48,408 bases of DNA from Candidatus Woesearchaeota archaeon (lineage in GTDB: Archaea; Nanobdellota; Nanobdellia; Woesearchaeales; GW2011-AR9). Below are positions 43,363 through 48,408 of this stretch, piece after piece (positions within the stretch are counted from its first letter, which is position 1; each line of letters opens with the position of its first letter). The stretch spans positions 1-48,408 of the forward strand of contig JAGVYX010000013.1 in the NCBI GenBank assembly GCA_018303045.1, given 5' to 3'. The notes under the pieces are model-generated. The model did no database searches and had not been told where the DNA came from. It saw only the letters and a program-made list of their open reading frames with translations. A program made the position numbers and the translations under genes.

Positions 43363-44121
43363 ATGTTTATGAAAAAAAGTGGAATGTGGACCGCAGCGCT
43401 GGCTGCTGCAACCCTATCTTGCATGGGGAAACCGGAGATTTTAGATGTAAATGTAGAAGTAACTAATGAGCAGGGAATCGCTAACCTTAGCCAGCCCGTA
43501 CGGGTGCGCGATGAAGTAAAAAATCTGGCGGGAGCATTAGTTTATCAAGTTGAGGGCGCCAATAATTCTTACTTAACGCTGGGACTGGAGTTGAATGAAA
43601 AACCCTTGCCGGAGCGGCATGAAATGTTAAATGGGCTAGATAACTTTAATGGGCCCGGCAGCCATAGATCTGCCTTGGTTGGAGAATTGGTTCTGGTTCT
43701 GCAAACTGCCCGCGCTCTGAATTATGCTCATAAGGATGCGCAAAAACAACGGCGGCAGCTTATGGGCGAGACCAGAAACGTCCATAAATATTGTGTTACT
43801 ATGGAACAAATGACTGATTCTTACATCCGCGTGCCAATGGGAATTGTCGGGATAGCTTCAGATGAAATTAAAATTAGAACCAGCGCTTCTTTGGAACGAT
43901 TGTTTGAACGGTATGTAGTTAGAAAATTCGGCCGGCAGGAAGGGTATGAAGTCTGGATGCCGAAGACCGCCATCAATTTATGCGGAGAAGATTTCCAGGG
44001 CTCAGTTTGCCCCATTGACCGGGAAATGTTATCTGAAAAATTGTGGATGCACGCCAATATGCCGGTTTGGGAAATTAAAGGATCCTGCGACCCTTACGAT
44101 AGACGATCCTGGCAGCGTTAA
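43363..44121 (+). CDS. hypothetical secreted/lipoprotein candidate
   Basis: A signal with AAATLSC is present, along with several Cys. I recognise no domain. It is on the opposite strand inside the pilin locus. Confidence 0.45.
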   Translation: MFMKKSGMWTAALAAATLSCMGKPEILDVNVEVTNEQGIANLSQPVRVRDEVKNLAGALVYQVEGANNSYLTLGLELNEKPLPERHEMLNGLDNFNGPGSHRSALVGELVLVLQTARALNYAHKDAQKQRRQLMGETRNVHKYCVTMEQMTDSYIRVPMGIVGIASDEIKIRTSASLERLFERYVVRKFGRQEGYEVWMPKTAINLCGEDFQGSVCPIDREMLSEKLWMHANMPVWEIKGSCDPYDRRSWQR

Positions 44122-44166
44122 AGTTTAAACTGGGAGAATTATTTTTCAATCTTCTCGTTATTTCAT

Positions 44167-44388
44167 TTAAGCTACAATCTCATACTCTTTAACGATAATG
44201 ATTACAAATAACAGCAACAGTATTGCTCCAGCGATCATATACCAGATTCCTGCCAAAAAACTAGCCTGCGACAGGGACTGATACATCCCCCAGCCCATAA
44301 CAATAAATCCCAGCCAGAGAAACTTGTCTAACACCAGCTTCATGATCTCAAATTCCTGCTGGAGAGTTAATCGTTTCTTTTTATTCAT
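44167..44388 (-). CDS. small two-TM membrane protein
   Basis: 73 aa with two hydrophobic segments. Confidence 0.5.
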   Translation of the reverse strand: MNKKKRLTLQQEFEIMKLVLDKFLWLGFIVMGWGMYQSLSQASFLAGIWYMIAGAILLLLFVIIIVKEYEIVA

Positions 44389-44393
44389 TTAAA

Positions 44394-44927
44394 TCACCCT
44401 ACCTCTATAAAGGATAATTTGGTATCATATTTTGGCTGCACTGGATCAGGAGTCGCGCATTGGTCATCGGTAAATTGCAGAACATCAGCCCTTAAGGCAA
44501 AAGTTCCAGGAATATTTGGTGCCTTAATACTGATTCCATAGACATTTGCCTGAGCCGGCAATAACGTTAGACAGCCCTGATCATATCTTAAATTAAAGCC
44601 ATCCAATCCTGGATCACTATTGGATACATCAAATTGGAAATTCAGTTTGAAATATAAAGCTCGAGAACCTACATTTTGCACGCCTAAAGTAACAAGATCC
44701 CTTTTGCCCCGGTTCAAATTAACTTCCCTGGCAAATGAAGTTTGATCTCCAGTTGTTCTTAACTGCCCCAAAATTTGTTCCTGCACCTGCTGTTGAACTT
44801 TTGTGCTGGTGCTTCCAATAATATCAAATTGATTTCTCACAAATCCTAACCCTAATCCCAACAAAGTCATGCCCAGAACAACAATGATAATTGCTTGAAT
44901 GGAAATATCCAGAGATCCTTTTTTCAT
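44394..44927 (-). CDS. archaeal type IV pilin-like protein (class III signal peptide)
   Basis: The N-terminus is MKKGSLDISIQAIIIVVLGMTLLGLGLG. RGKRDLVTLGVQNVGSRALYFKLNFQFD aligns with RGERHIFGIGILNTGEVGTSFKLQVEFD of the paralog. Confidence 0.6.
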   Translation of the reverse strand: MKKGSLDISIQAIIIVVLGMTLLGLGLGFVRNQFDIIGSTSTKVQQQVQEQILGQLRTTGDQTSFAREVNLNRGKRDLVTLGVQNVGSRALYFKLNFQFDVSNSDPGLDGFNLRYDQGCLTLLPAQANVYGISIKAPNIPGTFALRADVLQFTDDQCATPDPVQPKYDTKLSFIEVG

Positions 44928-45049
44928 GTTTACGCCTCTTTTAATCTATTAGCAATCCTTTTTGATTTATATAGTTTTCTAAATGTTAGATTAAAACCGA
45001 GCTATTCAGCTACAAAAAACCCAATACTCTTTTAATGAAAAAGAATTCT

Positions 45050-45898
45050 TTAAAAAATCAGCCCTAACAGTTGAAAAATATGCCTTTCAAAAAAAATAAC
45101 CAAAATATAGGAATACAAAAATGCCGGAATAAACGGAATGCCCTCTTTAATCAGCACAGTATTGATTTTTCTTTTTTTCTTTAAATTAGAAAGTATGAAT
45201 AAATCTTTCTTGGTCAAAGTTTTCTTGAACAATACGGTTTTATGGTCAACTGCTACATTTTCTGCCAGCCAGTCTCCTTCTGTTAATTCTTCCGGCAATT
45301 TTCTGGTATAAAAACAGCTTTTTTCCACGGAATTGACGAACATAAACAGATAAAAGACAGGAAGAGGAAATAGCAAAAACGGCCAAAATAAGGGATAGAA
45401 AAACACCAGAGCTATAGTGGCTAAAGTAAACAAGGCTAAAATTCCATGGAGAATTTTATAAGAAGACAAAGAATGCCTAAATCGCGCGGCAAATAAATGT
45501 TTCTTTTTAATGGCTACGCCGGCCATCCACGCTAATCCCCAGATCATTCCCAAAAATAATAGGCTGATAATGAACCAGACTAAAGTAAAACTCTCTTTGC
45601 TAATCGGCAAGGATACGCCGATAATCGCGCCCATAGCCATCAATAATTTGCTGTCTCCCCCGCCCCACTGGTTGGAATAATATAAAGATAGAGCAATTAC
45701 AAAACAAACAGCTAACCCGATTAAGCCGGAAAACAGGATCGGCCATCCGCCGGCTGCAGCAGCAATGCTCCGAATTCCTAATGCTGCGGCAATTAACGAA
45801 AAATTCAGCCAATCCGGAATTTCTCTGGTCTTTATATCTAAATAAGAAGCAATTAATAAAGCGGTTAAGGCAACAATTAGTAATAAAACATCTAACAT
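45050..45898 (-). CDS. prepilin/preflagellin peptidase (A24 family, PibD/FlaK-like)
   Basis: The two catalytic Asp contexts, DIKTREIPD and GGGDSKLLMAMG, are present in a polytopic protein. Confidence 0.85.
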   Translation of the reverse strand: MLDVLLLIVALTALLIASYLDIKTREIPDWLNFSLIAAALGIRSIAAAAGGWPILFSGLIGLAVCFVIALSLYYSNQWGGGDSKLLMAMGAIIGVSLPISKESFTLVWFIISLLFLGMIWGLAWMAGVAIKKKHLFAARFRHSLSSYKILHGILALFTLATIALVFFYPLFWPFLLFPLPVFYLFMFVNSVEKSCFYTRKLPEELTEGDWLAENVAVDHKTVLFKKTLTKKDLFILSNLKKKRKINTVLIKEGIPFIPAFLYSYILVIFFERHIFQLLGLIF

Positions 45899-46018
45899 AG
45901 CTTAAAGTAAGGAATCGGATTTTATTAAAGTGTTGGTTGGAGATAAGTAAATTTAATTTCTAAATCCGATCTATAGCGAAGGCATTAAATTTTCGTGCCT
46001 TCTTCTGCCTGAGCTATA

Positions 46019-46104
46019 TATAAAAGCAGAAATATGAAGTTATATAAAGTTATAAAAGCAGAAATATGAAGTTATATAAAGTTATAAAAGCAGAAATATG
46101 AAGT
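46019..46104. repeat. 32-bp tandem repeat x2.7 (tataaaagcagaaatatgaagttatataaagt)
   Basis: Two perfect copies lie at 46019-46050 and 46051-46082, with a partial copy at 46083-46104. Confidence 0.9.
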
Positions 46105-46123
46105 GCGAATATTTAGTGCTTTA

Positions 46124-46151
46124 AGTATAAGTGAAAAAGTATAAGTGAAAA
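46124..46151. repeat. 14-bp x2 tandem repeat (agtataagtgaaaa)
   Basis: Direct reading of the sequence. Confidence 0.85.
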
Positions 46152-46170
46152 ATTATTTCGAGTTTAAGTT

Positions 46171-46194
46171 TTACAGATTACTTTACAGATTACT
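46171..46194. repeat. 12-bp x2 tandem repeat (ttacagattact)
   Basis: Direct reading of the sequence. Confidence 0.85.
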
Positions 46195-46256
46195 AAAGGA
46201 CCAATTAAGCCCACCATAAGCTTTATATACAAAGTTAGACTTTCTGATATTAACAG

Positions 46257-46745
46257 GTGGTTATTATGAATGAGCCTAATCAGTTGCTCTCCGGATTAAA
46301 AGAGGATGTGGATTCCTTAAAAAGAAAGCTGGCTAAGCCCGATGCGAAAGCCGAAGAATTAATTTTAGAAATAGAAAGTTTAAAGGAATCAATACATGAA
46401 TTAACGGCTATTTTCCAAAAAGCCGTAGAGTTAACTACAGAAGAAGATTTAAGCAAAACCATTAAAGACCGTTTAGATGCCGTGATCAGGCAGAATGAAA
46501 CTATTGCCCGGGGCATGGTGGCTGTCTCGGATAAAGTAGATGAATTTGTAACCAGAAAAACCGCTACGCTTCAATTATCCACGCCGCCGCTGTCTGCTCC
46601 TCCGCCGGTCAGGCATGTCTTAGGCCAGCCGCCAATGATGAGCCGGATGGCGCCCATGCCTACAGCTCACACCGGTATGGATGATCTGCAATTGCCGCCT
46701 CCCCCGCCGCCAGCTAATGGAAGAAAACGACAAGGATTATTTTAG
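46257..46745 (+). CDS. coiled-coil protein with Pro-rich C-terminus
   Basis: 162 aa, ending ...DDLQLPPPPPPANGRKRQGLF. The start is GTG at 46257 or ATG at 46266. Confidence 0.5.
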   Translation: MVIMNEPNQLLSGLKEDVDSLKRKLAKPDAKAEELILEIESLKESIHELTAIFQKAVELTTEEDLSKTIKDRLDAVIRQNETIARGMVAVSDKVDEFVTRKTATLQLSTPPLSAPPPVRHVLGQPPMMSRMAPMPTAHTGMDDLQLPPPPPPANGRKRQGLF

Positions 46746-46750
46746 CCAGC

Positions 46751-47485
46751 ATGGTTTCTTTAACCACTACAGTATTGCTGATTAGAGCCGCCAGAGAATA
46801 CGTTGGCGAGAGAAAAGGGTTTTCTAAAGAAGAAATAGTTAAGCGCATTAATGAAATTAAATACCTTTCCGGCCAAAAAAAGGTGCCTAAGCTGACTTTA
46901 AGAAAAGAGATTATCCATCTAGAGCATCAATTGCAAAACATTTTTGAATTAGAAAAAAAATTATTAGGCCAAGAAAAAAAAGAATCAGCTAAAATTGCCC
47001 TGTTGAAACAGGAGATAGCTCTGCTTAAACAAAGAATTGCCACTTCAGAAGATAAGGATTTGCAGAAGAAAGTAGATTCCTTATCTCATCTGTTAGGCGA
47101 ATCTCTAGCCAGGCAGGCGATTATTGAAGAGGTAGCTTTAACTAAAAAAGTCTCCGCAGAGCATAAAAAAGCCTGGCAGCAGGACCAGCAGCGAAAAGAA
47201 TTAATCGCTAATCTGCTAGAACGGCTGCAGATCATTAAACGAGAGCTGGAGAATACAGACGCCGATGAATCTATCATCCTAAAAATCCTCGAGAAAATCA
47301 ACAGTTTGGAACAAAAACTAGGTTTCCAATTATCAGGAAAGGAACCGGAAGCTCCGGTGGAAAGAGAAGAAAGGCCCAGGCATAAATTAATTTTTGCCGC
47401 TCCTAAACTCCTGCCGGTAGAGATTGATGAAGCAGCTATTGAACGAGAACTTCCCCTGCCTCCCCCTCCCCGAATCACGGAATAA
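46751..47485 (+). CDS. coiled-coil protein with Pro-rich C-terminus
   Basis: 244 aa with long heptad-like regions, ending ...ERELPLPPPPRITE. Confidence 0.5.
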   Translation: MVSLTTTVLLIRAAREYVGERKGFSKEEIVKRINEIKYLSGQKKVPKLTLRKEIIHLEHQLQNIFELEKKLLGQEKKESAKIALLKQEIALLKQRIATSEDKDLQKKVDSLSHLLGESLARQAIIEEVALTKKVSAEHKKAWQQDQQRKELIANLLERLQIIKRELENTDADESIILKILEKINSLEQKLGFQLSGKEPEAPVEREERPRHKLIFAAPKLLPVEIDEAAIERELPLPPPPRITE

Positions 47486-47492
47486 TGAAATT

Positions 47493-47526
47493 ATAAAGAA
47501 CTTTGAATAATTCATATTTTTCTTTC
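47493..47526 (+). terminator. shared terminator-like box; copy 2 of 2
   Basis: See 35494-35526. Confidence 0.4.
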
Positions 47527-47634
47527 AGTGCAGAATCCGTGAGTGTATGCATTACTCTCACCTCAAAGAAAAAGATTAAGTAGGATCACTTTAAAGGTTT
47601 TATACGACTAATAATTTTACAAACTTCTAAGAAG

Positions 47635-48087
47635 TTAGTTCTGTTCGTACTTGATTAAAATTGGTTTCAGCAATAAAATAATGGTGATTAACAGTGTTCC
47701 TGAAACAGCCAAGGCAAACATCCCTGCGCCTACAGCCACGCCGATAGCAGCCGAAGTCCACATGCAGGCAGCGGTAGTTAAGCCCGTCAGTTCAAATTTG
47801 GTTTTCCAAATAACTCCAGCTCCCAAAAAACCGACTCCGGTGACAATCTGGGCTACAATTCTGGCTTGGTCCGCAGAGGGCGTATTGCCGGGGAAACCGA
47901 TTACTGAAATAATCGTAAAAATGGTCGCTCCCAGCGTAACTAAAGAAAAAGTTCTCATGCCGGCATTGCTGGACCTTCTATTCCAGCCAATAACAAATCC
48001 TAAGAGGGTTGAAAGGATAATCTTAAAAATTATCACCAACTGCCCAGGCTGAATAAAGCTTTGCACAAATAAGTCTAAGACACTCAT
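47635..48087 (-). CDS. mgtC: MgtC/SapB-family membrane protein
   Basis: GMRTFSLVTLGA and QIVTGVGFLGAGVIWK are present. Confidence 0.85.
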   Translation of the reverse strand: MSVLDLFVQSFIQPGQLVIIFKIILSTLLGFVIGWNRRSSNAGMRTFSLVTLGATIFTIISVIGFPGNTPSADQARIVAQIVTGVGFLGAGVIWKTKFELTGLTTAACMWTSAAIGVAVGAGMFALAVSGTLLITIILLLKPILIKYEQN

Positions 48088-48312
48088 TATTTACCTCTTT
48101 TTATTTAGAAAGAAGTTGCTGGATAAATACTTTTTGGAAATAAGGGAACACACGAATTAGGTTCTTCTGGTTTTATTTAATTAGAAAAAACTTAAAACAA
48201 ACGGCGTTATTGAAAAGTTCCTCGCCCTAGGCTCGATAGCCATCGGCTCGGCTGCGTTAAATTATGACGAAAGCAAAAATTCCTCTTGCAATCCCCTTTT
48301 TGCTAGATGATT

Positions 48313-48407
48313 TATACCAAAAGACTCAAAATTCCGAACAGAATTTTGTGCCTTTTGTATATACCAAAGGGCTTAAATTTTTACGAAAATTTATGTCCTT
48401 TGGTATA
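48313..48407. repeat. two tandem ~48-nt extended hairpins sharing the basal stem tataccaaaRg
   Basis: Hairpin 1 pairs 48313-48323 with 48352-48361 and has an upper stem caaaattc/gaattttg. Hairpin 2 pairs 48360-48370 with 48397-48407 and has an upper stem taaatttt/aaaattta. The array reaches the window edge. Confidence 0.75.
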
Positions 48408-48408
48408 A

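Noticed and set aside
46019-46104. CRISPR array
   Set aside because: The 32-bp units abut directly with no spacers, there are only about 2.7 copies, and no cas genes are in the window.
1-48408. Stop-codon reassignment, prompted by the in-frame duplicated stops
   Set aside because: TAA, TAG and TGA each terminate well-recognised genes at the expected lengths (for example ftsZ with TAA, a TAG at 10837, and cmk with TGA). The standard code fits.
1-48408. Canonical tRNA genes
   Set aside because: I scanned the intergenic regions on both strands for T-arm-like GGTTCGAATCC or GTTCAAATC strings and cloverleaf ends. None were found.

Overview
This is an AT-rich chromosomal window from an archaeon. 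By eye it is roughly 35-40% GC, and the small genes with DPANN/Woesearchaeota-like proteins are my inference; no search was run. The archaeal assignment rests on the S13-S4-S11-RpoD-L18e-L13-S9-RpoN operon (35.5-39.4 kb), the RpoE'/Spt4/S24e/S27ae cluster (10.8-12.5 kb), and FtsZ, GINS, Bud32 and deoxyhypusine synthase. All three stop codons terminate recognisable genes, so the standard code applies. Functional blocks are: a sequon-rich surface protein with a glycosidase-like gene and a GT2 (0.7-5.8 kb); a thioredoxin, macro-domain and HAD group (14-17.5 kb); a copper-resistance island of ArsR, a small Cys protein, CopA, a Gly/Met peptide, an HMA-membrane-cupredoxin protein and CopZ (20.4-25.2 kb); a Type II R-M island with an unannotated RHH gene (26.3-28.3 kb); a dTMP module of kinase-dCMP deaminase fusion, ThyA, DHFR and Tmk (30.7-34.4 kb); a HEPN-MNT pair; and a type IV pilus-like locus with prepilin peptidase (42.7-45.9 kb). 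No canonical tRNA, rRNA or CRISPR array was seen. The most unusual signals are non-coding. First, a GC-rich, almost fully base-paired ~131-nt RNA-like element lies at 25979-26109, closed by a 12-bp helix and followed by a T8 run, with a second GC-rich patch at 26158-26262. Second, a 106-bp MITE-like element has 12-bp TIRs and an 11-bp target-site duplication (14084-14211), with a degenerate copy in the ribosomal-operon promoter region and a fused-TIR palindrome at 34553-34574. Third, several short intergenic box families recur at gene boundaries. Fourth, tandem duplications repeatedly begin at gene 3' ends and carry the stop codon. All protein calls come from motif recognition in the supplied translations.
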